From NCBI RefSeq assembly GCF_016432865.1, contig NC_067403.1, forward strand, positions 257,424,001 to 257,488,000: DNA of 64,000 nucleotides, read 5' to 3'. Below are positions 1 through 12,900 of the stretch, piece by piece. The position numbers and the translations under genes were made by a program. Below the pieces are notes generated by a model. It had not been told where the DNA came from. It saw nothing but the letters and a program-made list of their open reading frames with translations, and did not search any database. Position 1 is the first letter of the stretch, and every line of letters begins with the position of its first letter. This stretch comes from Antechinus flavipes (lineage: Eukaryota).

Positions 1-951
1 GAATGACGTAGGGAATAAATGAATGAAAAAGCATTTTATGTGCTTTTCATTCCCACACGAAGCTCTACTTTATGTAAAATCCTTCTCGTTCCCTGCTTTT
101 CTTGTTGTAATCAGGGAGACTTTTATTCCTTAGGTGAAGAAGTCCAGGAGCAAAATGGAAAAGCACAGTGCAAAGGGGAATCACGGCCCATCTGACTGGA
201 AACAGGCATCCGAGGCATTTTGCATCCTGAATACTGCCATTAAATGAACGTTTTAGAAGAGAAAAGTAACCCGGGAGGCCAGGTGACAGTGGGTATGGCT
301 TATCTCTCCAGAAGGCTCCACTCAGCAGCAGAATGCTTCAGGTGCCCTTTTGAGGAAGATAAGTATCTTAGATTGAGTGAGAAGTTTACAAAATTTACTT
401 TTTGGGGAAACAAGTGGATAATAGTAGCAATGATGCCTTTCCCTGGTACTCACCCTTGATATTATCCTTAACTCCTTCCCCACCCACCGCGGAGACAATG
501 CTCTCATTTCCATTCAGATGCCAGGGAGTGCCCTAGCTCAGGCCCGAACGAACTCTCACCGGGACTATTGCCATGTTCCTCCACACAGCAACCCACGAAC
601 TGGCCGCTCCCTGATTCAGTAAACTCCCATGACTCCCTATTATCTCTAGAATAGAGCTTCTCTGTGGCTTTTAAAGCACCTCACATCCTGGCCCCGTTCC
701 ACCTTTCCTGTCTAACCACACGTTCCGCCTCTCTACACACTCCACTGGCCAGCTAACCTGCTCTGGCTCTTTCTCACACACAATCCTCCATCTCTCACTC
801 CAAGTCTCACCTTCGTGTCTTAGAACCAGACTTGAACTTCTCCACAAAACTTCTGGATTCCCCCTTCCCCCTCTCCATACGAAGCAGATACAAAGCACCT
901 GATGGGACAGCCTTGGAGTTGACTTTGTATTTTTGTGTGACTGTTGTGTAT

Positions 952-2520
952 AGCCATGGAAAGATACTAATTACACTCATAGAAGGATTGATACTGTACA
1001 TGCCCATGGAAATATTGAATACACTCATGGATGGATAGATACTGTATACACCCATGGAAAGATACTGATTATACCCATGGATGGATGGATGGATACTGTA
1101 CATACCCATGGAAATATTGAATATACTCATGGATGGATAGATACTGTATACACCCTGGAAAGATACTGATTATATCCATGGATGGATGGATACTAGATAC
1201 ATGGATGGTTGGATACATGGAAAGATACTGATTATAACAATGAATGATTGGGATGCTGTTCATACCCATGGAAATATTGAACACACTCATGGATGGGTAG
1301 ATACTGTATACATCCATGGAAAGATACTGATTACACCCATAGAGGGATGGATACCATACATACCCATGGAAATATTGAATAGACTCATGGATGGATAGAT
1401 ACTGTATACACCCACAGAAAGATGCTGATTATACCCATGGATGGATGGATACTTGATACATGGATGGATGGATAGATACATGGAAAGATATTGATTATAA
1501 CCATGAATGAATGGGATAGTGTTCATACCCATGGAAATATTGAATACACTCGTGGATGGATAGATACTATATTCATCCATGGAAAGTTACTGATTATACC
1601 CATGGATGGATGGATACATGGAAAGATACTGATTATACCCATGGATGGATGGATACTTGATACATGGATGGATGGATACATGGAAAGATACTGATTATAC
1701 CCATGGATGGATGCATGGATACTAAACATACCCATGGAAAGATATTGATTATACCCTTGAATAGATGGATATTATATGGACCCATAGAAAGATACTGGAT
1801 ATATGCATGAATGGATGTATGGCTACTGTACAGAGCCATGGAAAGATATTGAATGTTTTCATGGTTGAATGGATACTGTATACACCCATGGAAAGATACT
1901 GATTCTACTTATGGATAGATGGATACTGTATCTATCCATAGAAAGATATTAACTATACCCATGGATGGATGGATACTTTATATACCCATGAAAGATATTG
2001 ATTATACCCATGGATAGATGGATACTATATATACACCCATGGAAAGATACTAAATATACCCATGGATGGATGGATACTCTACACCTATGGAAAAATACAG
2101 ATTATACTTATGGATAGATGGATACTGTACATATCCATAGAAAAATACTAAATGTATCCATGAATGGATGGATACTGTATATACCTGTGGAAAGAAACTG
2201 ATTATACTTATGCATAGATGGATACTGTATATATTCATAGAAAGATACTAGATATACCAATGGATGGATACTCTATACACCTATGGAAAAATACAGATTC
2301 TACTTATGGATAGATGGATACTGTATATATTCATAGAAAGATACTAAATATACCCATGGATGGATAGATACTGTATATATCCATAGAAAGATACTAACTA
2401 TACCTATGGATGAATGGATACTGTATACACTCCTGGAAAGAGACTGATTATACTCATGGATAGATGAATACTATATATACCCATAGAAAGATACTGAATA
2501 TTCCTGTGGTTGGATATTGT
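952..2520. repeat. Complex ~50-bp minisatellite with (GGAT)n inserts
   Basis: Recurring cccatggaaagatactgattata + cccatggatggatagatactgtatata, about 30 degenerate units. Explains the ORFs at 807-2238. Confidence 0.95.
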
Positions 2521-2654
2521 TTCTCCCCTCACCCCCTTAGAAACTCCTTGAAGATAAGGAACTTCCATCTTTGTGCATTTGTATCACCTACCACAGTGCC
2601 ATATGCATAGTGAGCATTTTATAAACATAAATGATTTTTAATTGATTGTTAGAC

Positions 2655-2890
2655 CAGTTTGTGGTGGAATCAAGATCCAGATATTAAATCATCCACATCT
2701 ATTACTTCTTCTAATATGGCTACAGGAAGTCCACTCAAAGAGCTGGCGGCCTTCTCTGGATAACATGAGGGTGACCGGGCAGCACTTTGGTTATCCACCT
2801 ATCATCCCTTGCTTTTATTGGTGGCCAGCCCATATTCTCTTTCTGTCATACAGTTCCTTGGAGATCTCTTGTCCAATTCTTTGAATTTCC
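2655..2890 (-). mobile_element. RTE-type LINE fragment (3' end of the RT ORF)
   Basis: Minus strand reads tatgacagaaagagaatatgggctggccac...gggatgataggtggataaccaaagtgctg, resembling the RTE motif YDRKR-WAGH-R-D-RW--VL (recalled consensus). Confidence 0.65.
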
Positions 2891-5800
2891 TCACTAATAT
2901 ATACAGAATGACTTCAAGGTAGTTATGCTAGGGAGGGCTTTCATTATTCGTTCGCTCGACTATTTATGGAAGATCTGCTGTAAGTCTGGTGCTGTGCCAA
3001 GTGTTATTGGAGATACAGAGAAGCCTTGGAGAACCTGTAACGATTAAGGGGAAAGGAACTCAGGGACAAAACTTTCCCAAGCGGGTACCTATCAGCTGGA
3101 GGATGGCCTTACCACGTGCTGCACATCGGTGCTTTGTACTGCAGAGAATATGGATGTGAGGAACATAGGGGCATGTGGGAAAACCGGCACGAGCTGATAA
3201 AAAGCCAAGAAAATGGAACCGAGAAAGCCAGAGATAAAATCACTGTGGTAATGTTAATGAAAAGGCCAGGAAAGGCAGTGGAACTCGGAGCAGTTACAGG
3301 GCTTAATCTCGGCCCTGGAGGTGGGGCCTGCACAGGCTGCCAGACTTGGGTGCTTCATGGGTCTGCTTGGCTCCTCCACGGCCTGTTTTGTTACAAAGGT
3401 GCCTTCAGGGCTGGAGGCGACCATCGGTAGCGGATGGCTGTGGTGGAAGAACAAAGAGTCTTCGAAGGGCACCTGAGGTAGCACCGATCATTATAGTTGC
3501 CCCCAGAGGGGTAGCTTGGCAGTGTTCCTAGAGGGCAGTAAGGGCCCTGGTACCCTCAGCTCCCAGCAGCCTCTTTCCTTGGATCAAGGCTCTTTATGGC
3601 AAAGTCCACATGGGGAGAGTGAGGCCTTGAAGCAAGAGGAAAGCTTAAATGCTCATCCCCACCCCTTTCAGCTCCCAGCTAGAATAACAAAAACTGTTCC
3701 CACTTTATGCCAGTTAAAGCTTACTGTGACCCAGTATTATCTCCATTCTGAAGACGAGGAAATTGAGACTCAGGGCGGCAGTGACTTTCCCAATGGCTTC
3801 CCATCTTCTTTCTGAGTGTCAGCTGGAGCCCCAGCCCAGGACTCGTGACCCAGATCCATGGTGGAACCACAGAGCTTGGAACCCAAGTCTTCAGTCTTCC
3901 CAGAAGTGGACACCAGTGATGTGTCAGCTCATCACCCTGGGCCCCACCAGGCTCCTGACGAGTCCCGTCAGTGACAATTACCCGGTTGGTCAGAAGAACC
4001 TCTGCTGGCCTGTACAGGGAGGCCCGGGCCCTTGGAGGAGGCTCTCCTCTAGGATTTTCTGCCTCTTGCAAATCCATTTCAGGCAAACATCTGGTGAGCA
4101 GCAGGGGCCCATCACAGCCGCTCTAACCCTAAGCCTAGCAACCGCTCCAATAAGAGTGGGCAGACTGAGGCCCTGGTGGGGGCAAGGCCTCAAGTTCGGG
4201 CCTAGTTCAGGCTAGGGACTTTTTAGGGATAAGTGAAAGAGGTTGTTTCTGAGGACTAGGTGGGGGTTCGGCCTTCCTGGGTGATCTGCCTGTAGACCGA
4301 TCCCGGCAACCCAGACCTGCCAGCACCTTCTAGTACAGGAGGAGGACAAGGTCTCTCTGCTTGTGGCTCCATCTAACATGTCAGGATCCTCTTTTCTGCC
4401 ATTGTGCTTTGATTGCCAAAACCTTGCAAGCAATCTTGGGGTTTACAGGTGAAATTTCTTTTTTAAGGATCACGCCCCAAGCCCCAATCTCTCTGGCTCT
4501 CATCGATTCCCTGGCCAAGCCCCACGGGCTCCTCCTTTTGGGCCCGCTTGACTCAGAGTGAATATTTGTGGCCATTGTTCCAGTTGGGACTAGAAACCCT
4601 GAATCTTCCCCCCATCACTGATTTTTGGTCTTTTGACCAGGTAAAAGTGGCCATTCTCTGCCTCATTTCTTACCTCAAACAATAGGGCCATTGTGTCAGT
4701 CAAACTGAGACCTGTTCCCATACCTTAGCTTACAAAGGCCAGTTTCTCTCTGCATCCAGGGCCATCTCCAGTCATCCAGATCCAGATCTGGCCACTGGCG
4801 CCAGATGGCTCTGGAGGGGAAAGCGAGGCAGGTGATCTTGGCCAGCCCTCCCTCCCTCCCTTAAACCCAGTTCCCCTGCTTGTCATGGTATCAGCTCCCC
4901 AAAGTTCCAGAACAAAGGCACAGCGACGACGGCAGCCTTTCCCACGTGAAACCGTTTCCCAGATCCCAAGCCTTTCCTTCGGCAGGGCTGCTCCCCTTCT
5001 GCAACGTCAGCCCTCCACTGCGCCATCCCCACCCGTCAGCCTCTGCCAGCCTCCCGCCATTTTTGGAAGCAGGGGAGTGATTGCACTGACCCGGGGGTGG
5101 GACCCCTTCCTTGAGGCCAGGGGCCCGCTGGACCTTGGGGAGTGGGCAGCAGCTCCTGGTCTGGGGCGAAGGCGAGCTTCCCCTCCGCTTGAGGAACTTG
5201 GGAGTTGGCATGGAGCGGGGCCTACGTGGCACGGCCCAGCTTCACAAGAGCAGCCGTGTGGGCAGGAGCTGGTGCGGCAGCTGCCGGCTGAGGTGGAGGT
5301 GCTGGAGGCGGCCGAGGAGGGGGCACCGCCCCACCCCACCCGCCAGCCTGCCTCAACCTCACCCTCCCTCAGTCCCTGCTCAGTCATCTCTTCCATCCCC
5401 CCTCCCTTCCTCCAGGGAGGGAGTACCAGTGGTAGCTGCTGGCCTGGGATCATCCTGGCCCCCGGTTAGGGCACACACCCCTGCTGGGGGCTGGGATTAT
5501 CAAGTCGGGCCTACACCCGGTGAGACTGAGGCACTTGGGCTCCCAGAGTGAGACAGGGATGGAGGGAGAAAGGGGAGACAGTTATGTGGGAGAGGACAGC
5601 AAAGTCTTTGGGCTCTTTGAGAGACCGCAGGCTGCTGCCAGGCTGAGATGTTCCTGCGAAGACATCCACGGAGGGGGAGGATCCCGGTCCCGGCCTGCTC
5701 TGCCCCCCAGACTCCCACTCTTTTCCCCCCTTCCTGGTAAAGCTCTCCCACGCCTCAGAAAACAGAATCACTTCTAAAGGAGGGCCCTGGGGAGGCAGTT

Positions 5801-8118
5801 TCTACCACTGGGCCTAGATGGGAAGATCTCTGGTCTGCTGCTGAGCAAGAATGGGGGTGAAGGAGCCGGCTCCATCAGAGCCCCCTTGAGCTCCTCATCT
5901 TGCTTGAGATTTCTAGAAGGCTTTAATGCCCGGATGGCTCGTTTGCTCCTCCCAGCAGCCATGGGCAAAGGTGCCATGAGGTTCACGTTGCAGATGAGGA
6001 ACTGGGCTGGCGGCCTGGGGGCCCAACCAGTACCGGTCTGAGGCCAAATTTGGACTCACTGCTCTCCCACTGGGCCGCCCGGCTGCTTCGGAAGAAGGAA
6101 GTAGATAAGTATTTTAGGGGTGTTCCCTGTTTCCGTCCTCACCACTACCTGGGAAGTTGAGCCTGTGAATGTCTCTGAGAGACAGAACCCGACAGAGGGA
6201 AGGTTCCTGACCACAGGAAACCCGCAGAGATGGAGGAAGGAGGTGACTGCAGGGTCAGTGTCTGGGGCCCTGAGAGGAGACCCCTGGCAGGAGAATGAAG
6301 GAGCCTTGAGACCCAGGCCCTGGGGGAACCAAGAGGAGGAGACGTCGGCAGCAGGGACTGAATGGGAGCCCGGGACCAAGAAGCAGCCTCTGGAGGGGTT
6401 TGGAACTCCGCCATCCCTGGAAGGAGCGCTTGACCAAGTCCCCTCCCTCTGGGAGAACAGCTTCGTGGTCATCCCGGCCTGCTCCCTGCTTCCTCAGCAG
6501 CCTGTGCTTTTTGCTTTGCTTTGTTTACCTTAGTTTCCCGGCAGATTATTCCCTTAAGCCTTTAAACCACTTGTGGGCTTGTCTAGGGAAAGGTGTTTCC
6601 CGGTTCCCAGAATGCTGATAGAGGTAAAAATCTGCAGGATCCTTTTGGAGGAGAGTCTGGCAAGATGGGGAACCCCAAGGCCAGGGATCTGAGATGTCCC
6701 TCGTGGGCAGCCCCTTCGCGGAGCCAGGCCTCTACAGCTCCCGCCATTGGCCATCCCGCGGAGGGATTTCCCGCCCTGCAGCCCGCCTGGGGAGAACTCT
6801 GCGGTGAGGGGAAGGCAGGCACACAGCCTGGAGCTTGGCCGGTGGGTGGCCAAGTGTGATGAGGGCTTGGCACATGGCTCGGGCTCCCGGGAGCCAGTGC
6901 AGTAGGGTTTAGTCAGGACAGATTGAGAATTGAGAAGATACATTGATGATTCCCTTGGAGCCAATGATTGGGGGACGGTCCCCCAAATCAACCGTCAAAT
7001 ACTGACCAATGGGAGCACTGATACCGAGCCGTTCTGTCCAGGAGGACACTGGGGCAGAAAGTGGGGCAGAGCGTCCGAGCCTGGATCTGAAAACCGGCCC
7101 GAGGAGGGGCCGTGGGCTCCGAATCGTGCTGAGAGCCCTCGGGAAGCTCAGAGTCGATTTGAGGAAGCAACGGGTCCATGAGTGAGTCCAGTAGAAACAT
7201 GTGAGGTGACTAAAAGGCAAATGTCTCTGAGGGAATGTACACCCTTACAGGAAGCCCAGGAAAAGTGCACCTGGAGCCGAGCTTGGATGAGAACAAGAGA
7301 TCCAAGGATGATGATGTTGTCGTTTTAACTTTTACTGATAATTTGGGGGCTTTTATGCCATGTGTATTCCCCCACCCTTGGGTGCTCTCTTAGAACAAAG
7401 AAACCCAAGCAGCCAAAAAGGAAATCCAAAGGGGCCTTTCTCCGCCTGGGTCCGTATTGTATTAACATTGTTAATTAAGGTTTTCAGAGGGCCCATGGGC
7501 CTGCTGGCCGAGGTACCAGGTCCTAGGAACAGTGTGTCTGAAATCGTGCCGGAAGACCGGCCATCCAGGTGCTCTTCCCCCCTCACTCTTCTCATTTTCT
7601 TGGCTGCCTTTGAAGAACTTGACTTGGCTAACTGCCATTATTGAATGACTGAATAAATGAGAATGAAAAATGATCTAATAAGCATTGGCTGTGTATGAAC
7701 CAAGTATTCTTGAAACTCCTGCACTGACCACCGTGCGATCACCGGACTCAGTTCAAGTAAAGCACCGCTCCGTCACGGCTTCCTCCCCACTCCGGCTCTT
7801 CCTTTATTTTCTTCTTCATGTCTTCTCTCCCTTCCACCGCCCTGAGTTTAGAAATTGTCTGAGGCTGAGTCACGAACCCTCCGCTTCCTTCTGTCTCCTT
7901 GTTTTCCTTTCTCTTCTCCATCCTCAAGCTTCACCTATCACTTTTTGTCTAATACTTCCACATTCTATTCTAAGATCTTTTTTACTTGAACATTACATGA
8001 TGATGAGTTAAGAAAGTTGTAGCTAGTCACAGGAGGGGATTGAGACTAAGGAATGGTTCAGTCAGTCTAAAATATCTTTGAAGACACTGGGCCCCGATTT
8101 CCCATTGGGCCAAAACAG

Positions 8119-8200
8119 AACCTCAGACACTTAACACTTCCTAGCTGTGTGACCCTGGGCAAGTCTCCTAACCCCAATTGCCTCAGCAAAAAAAAAAAAA
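8119..8200 (+). mobile_element. WSINE1-like SINE, 3' part with poly(A), followed by (AG)n
   Basis: cctcagacacttaacacttcctagctgtgtgaccctgggcaagtctcctaaccccaattgcctcagc-An. Confidence 0.8.
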
Positions 8201-8574
8201 AGAGAGAGAGAGAGAGAAAGGCCCCACCAGCAACAGCCTTGGCACTCTCAAATGGTTCCGTGTCAGAAATAGAAATGGTTGTAATCAACGTAAATGACAC
8301 TAAGGAAGGTTTGTGACCATCTGCCCAAGAAAATGGCCATGAAAAGATGTTGAGTTCTCTTCTCAGCCTCCAAAATTGTGGCCGTGGCTGTGACACTGAC
8401 TCTCCTGGTCAGATTCTTAACTTGCAGGCGAGTTTTAGGGTTAGGGTTAGGACACAAACCAAGACCAGCTGACGGCTCCAAAGAAAGATTTATTTTTTCT
8501 CTTAAAATTTTTTTGTCTTCATTTTGAACTTAGACACATAAAGACCAAATAATAATAATAATAATAATAATAAC

Positions 8575-8785
8575 TGTTAGGACATGTATACTTATATTGT
8601 CTTTAATTTATACTTTAACATATTTAACATGTATTGGTCTACCTGCCATGTGGGGGAGGGAGCGGGGGGAAGGAGGGGAAAAATTGGAACAAAAGGTTTG
8701 GCCATTGTCAATGCCGAAAAATTACCCATGCATAGAACTTGTAAAATAAAAAGCTACATAAAAAAAAAGACAAAAAAAAAAAAGG
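8575..8785 (+). mobile_element. Marsupial L1 3' UTR end with poly(A), preceded by (AAT)n
   Basis: tttaacatatttaacatgtattgg...G-rich tract...aaattacccatgcat...aataaaaagc-An. Confidence 0.75.
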
Positions 8786-9615
8786 AGAACATTTCCAGGT
8801 ACATGACACCAACCCTAAAGAAAGGTTTATTGTAAAACCAGGAGTTTATATTTCACACTTTTACTTTAAAAAAGCAACTATATTGTAAAAAAGGATTTAG
8901 TGTAAAAACCATGAGTTGACGTTTCCCACTATTTACGCAAAAAAAGAACTCTCTAGTCAATCCTAGCGGTCATTGGCTACTCTGCTTTCTCCACTTCCTT
9001 CTACATGTTCACATTTCCCCTGCTGGGCAGTTTTCAGATTTTCCCTCCTCCCACCCTAGACGTGACTCCCATCGGACACAAAGTTGTGTGTGTGTGGGGG
9101 GGGGGGGGGGAGGTTAAAACCATACTCTGCAGACTTCTGTTTATCAGGTCTTTCTCTGGAGGCAGGTAGCATCTCCCTTCCTAGTCCCAAAAGGAAGGTC
9201 TGTGTAAAGGTGGCCATTGAGCTCCCAGCTGTCCCTGAAATGCCGCCCAAACTAGGCAAACCCTTCCCTGCTTTCCGCCTGCCCCAATCCCCCTCCAAAG
9301 GCAGGAAATCGCCAGGATTTTGGAAGAGATTTTGGGCTTCCCAACAATGAGCTTCTGTCCCTGGGAATCTGCGATCTCCGGGGACTGGATTAGGCCAGGA
9401 AAGTGGAAGGGGGTTAGAGAGGGCTTGTCCGGGGAGAGAGTGCCCGGATACCAGCCTAAAAGTCTAGGGAAGCAGCGGACCAACTCTTTCTTTCTTTGGG
9501 GACTGGTCTCCCCCCATCTGGCCCAGTCCTGAAATACGCGGGATACTCCCCGGTTAGATGCACTGCCGAGAGCACGGCAACCTTCACTTTTGCCCCCTGA
9601 GCTAGTTCATCCCTC

Positions 9616-9710
9616 CCCAGGGGCTCCAGGCGTCCCCTGCTCCCAGGGGCTCCAGGCGTCCCCTGCTCCCGGGGGCTCCAGGCGTCCCCTGCTCGCAGGG
9701 GCTTCAGGTG
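9616..9710. repeat. 26-bp tandem repeat, about 3.7 copies
   Basis: ccaggggctccaggcgtcccctgctc, with corresponding positions at 9619, 9645, 9671 and 9697. Confidence 0.9.
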
Positions 9711-10100
9711 CTCCCGCTCCCGTGTCCCCTGCTTCCCGGAGCTCACCTACTGATGCTGCTGCCTTAGTGCAGAGCCCTGCTGTCCGGAGCTCTGGGGGTC
9801 GCACAGCCAGCAGCAACATCACGGGCCCAACACCCCTGGCTAGACCTGACCTTTTAGAGTCCCGGGGCCACGTGTGATTTCTGGGGAACCAGAAAGGGCC
9901 CCTGGGCCACCTGTGGAACCCAGCCAGGCTTCCGTTGCCTCAGTGGAGAAGCAGCAGCCACTAGGGGGCGCCCAAAGCCAAGTCGGCTTGGGAGAGACTC
10001 TTCCCCTTCTGACGGTGGGCAACCGTGGGTGGGACCCCCCTTGTCCGGGAAAGGGCCGAAGGAGGAGGGCGGTCACATTAAGAGTCGCTGCCAGTTATCT

Positions 10101-10365
10101 TTTATTAGTTTGTCCCATCGAAGCCCCGCCCCCACCTGCTTCCCCCGCGGGGACCCCCTTGGCCCAGCTGAGCTCCTGTTCTCTGCCCCGCCCTCTGTCA
10201 GGGACCCAGGTCAGGGATGGGGGGCCGGGAAGCCGCCCGCTGGCTTTCTAAAAAGATTCTGCTGCTGCTGCTGGGTGGCTGAGCTTGCTTGAGAGGTCAC
10301 TATGGCTACTGGCAGGTCAGAGGAGTCCCCTCCCCCAGCATGGAGTCCTGGAACTCGGGTTTATT
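10101..10365 (-). terminator. POLD4: Candidate POLD4 polyadenylation signals (AATAAA at 10360-10365 and 10101-10106)
   Basis: tttatt on the + strand about 145 and 405 nt downstream of the stop codon. Usage unknown. Confidence 0.5.
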
Positions 10366-10509
10366 CCTTTCCCTAGGGAAGCTGCCGCTCCAGCCTCCGC
10401 CCCCAAGACCCCTCTAGTAGGGGGTTGTCTGAAGAAACAGCAGTGGGCTCCCCTGTCCATCGTGAAGGCCCCTGGGAAGGCGCCGGGCTGGACTTCGGGA
10501 CTGCCTCCT

Positions 10510-11816
10510 TTAGATGGGGTACAGGTGCCAGAGGCTGCAAAGAGGAAGTGGTGGAGGTGGGCCCAGGCGGGAGCAGGAGCTGCCCTGCAGGCCCTCTGGC
10601 TCAGGCTTTTCGGGTGGGTCTGGGAGAGAGACGGGCGAGGTGGGGGGACGCTCCTTCCTTCTCCCCTTGTCCCCCCCCATCAGTGCCCTGGGAGCCCAGC
10701 CACCAGGAAGCTTCTTCCTGACCCAGAGGAGGCTCCTGCTTGAGGGAAGGGACAGAGATGGGGGGATAAGGGGAGGGGGAGGAGTGACTGCTCCAAGAAG
10801 CTGGATCTCCTTTCCCTGGACCCTGGTACCCTGATTCCTAGCAGCTCTCACCTGCACTGGTACTGGGGGTCTCCAGGGTGGGCCCACAGCACCTTGAGCA
10901 CCTCATGGGGAGGAGCCAGGCCCAGCTGCTCTGCCCGTTCCCAGCGCTGAAGCCGAGTGATCCCTGCCAGGGAGAGAGGATGCAAGCTGGTACTCCAGGC
11001 TACAGACACTGGAAACGGGGCACTGCCAGGGTGAGAGGTCAGCTTCACTGCTCCCCGAGCCCTCAAGGACACCCCCCAAGACACGGGGAAGGGCCAGAAT
11101 GGGCGCCTGGAAGCTCTTACCCGTGCAGGGGCCGAAGTGCCTGTCCAGGTCAAACTGCCTCAGTATCTCTAAATGAGTTTTGTCCTCCAGGGGTGCAAGC
11201 GGCTCCTCCCCTGGCTCCTCCCCTGACAAGAGAGGCTGTGCTTCAAGCCCGGCTCCTAGCTCCTCCCCCCACCCCCCCAACAATCCGCAAGCATTTTCCC
11301 CTTCCTCTCGTGCGACCCCCCCTTCTTCTCCTGACTCTTCCTCAGTTCCCACCTCACCCCTATCCCATCCCGCTACCCCTCCCCAGCCCCTCCTCCTACC
11401 TCTCAGCTCTGGCTCTGGCACTTCTGTCTCCCGGACATCCCGGTCCCCACTCTTGCCCTGCTGTCCTCAGCCCTCTCTTCCCCCTTAACCCAACTGGCCC
11501 TTAACCCCAGTGCTCCCTGACCCGCGCCCCTCTGGCCCCTGCAGTCCTCGGCCCCCCTCTCCCCCGCCCTGTCCCCACCTCGCAGCCCTGACTCGCGCGC
11601 CCCATTCCCCTGCCATCTGTGCCCTTCCCCGGTGCCCCCTGACCCGCGCCCCTCGCCCCTCTGGCCCCTGCTGTCCTCGGCCCCCCTCTCCCCCGCCCTG
11701 TCCCCACCTCGCAGCCCTGGCTCGGGCTCCGCGTCCTCTTTGCCAGGCCCCGGCCCGCCCTTCCTCCTCTTCACTTTGGGGAAGGAGTCGGTGATGAGCC
11801 TCCTCTTCCGGCCCAT
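10510..11816 (-). CDS. POLD4: DNA polymerase delta subunit 4 (p12), 115 aa; exons 11816-11708, 11222-11121, 10963-10852, 10534-10510
   Basis: MGRKRRLITDSFPKVK (PIP box/PIP degron with TD and a basic +4 residue) ... LRQFDLDRHFGPCTGITRLQRWERA ... HPGDPQYQCSLWHLYPI*. All junctions are GT-AG with consistent phase; 348 nt total. Confidence 0.97.
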
Positions 11817-11899
11817 GGCAGCCACCCAGGGGGGCGAGAGACCAGGGGAGAGACAGCTGCTGGGCGGAGAGCGGGGCCAGGGACGGACAGACGCGATGA

Positions 11900-12900
11900 C
11901 CCAGACAGGAGCCTGGAAGGAGGAAGTCCAGCTGCTTCCAGGCAGGGGCCGCCCCCCGCCCCCGCCCCCAAACATGCCAACAAGGCCCGACCAATGGCGT
12001 GCCGCGGACGGGGGGCGGGAGCCTGGCGGCGGCCAATGGAACGCGACGCGGGCCCGGGGGGCGGGGCCGCGGTTGAGCCGGGAGGCGGAGACCGAGTCGG
12101 AGCCGGAGCCCAGGGGCTGCCCCTGGCGGGCCAGGCCGGCCCCGCTGGACGCGGTCCGTGCCAGCCCCGCCCCCGGGCAGATGCGGTCTCCGACCCCTTA
12201 ATCCCTGTGACGGAAGGATCCGGCTCGCTCATTCCTCTCCTTGTCCCCTGGAGCTGGGGCGGGGCGGGGGGAAGGAGACCCCCTGGTGCACACCCCCGGC
12301 TTCCCTTGAGGCTTCTGCCGGGTCCGGGCGGGGGGCAGGAAGAGCGCCCCCCGGGGTCCGAGGCGATCCAGGCGGGGCGGGGGTGTTTGGTTTCCCGGGC
12401 CCTCACTTGGGGCGCTGCTCCCTGCCCTGCGGGCCTCGGGGGTCTGACGGTGGAGCCGCGGCCGCCGGGACTCGGGGGATACGAAGGGAGACGCAGGGGG
12501 AGGCTGGCGGCGCTGGCTCCCCGGGGGCCTGGACTGAGCAGGAGGCCCGGGAGTAGTCGGGGCCCGCAGGCCGCTCTGGCTGGCTCCGCACCCTCGGCGA
12601 GAGCGCTCCTTCCCTCCCAGCTCTTGGCGGCCCTTCCCCTCACACGTCGCTCCCCTTTGCCTGATTCTGGGGGGTCGGGGCCAGCAGCCCTGGCATCGGG
12701 GGCACGAGGGGACCCCCAGCGCCTGGTTGGTCGTGAGGGGCCAGACCCTCCTTACCCGCAGCCTCAGAGCCTCCAACGGCCTCTGGCTGGAGGTCAGGGA
12801 GGGCGCAGTGGAAATCCCAGCTGATTGCTCCCGACCACTCGCTGTCCCAAGTAGCCCCTTGGCCCAAGTAGGGGAGAGCTTGAGGCGAAGGAGAGATGCT
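11900..12900. promoter_or_regulatory. POLD4: POLD4 CpG-island promoter
   Basis: CpG-dense, with GC boxes and CCAAT at 11991-11995 and 12033-12037. Confidence 0.8.

Noticed and set aside
807-2238. Many 60-107 aa ORFs (MDGWI/YPSIH repeats)
   Set aside because: These are translations of the satellite.
6120-7181. Three successive plus-strand ORFs of disordered composition, considered as SSH3 3' exons or a decayed gene
   Set aside because: No match to SSH3 or any protein I recognise, mixed frames, and no convincing splice sites.
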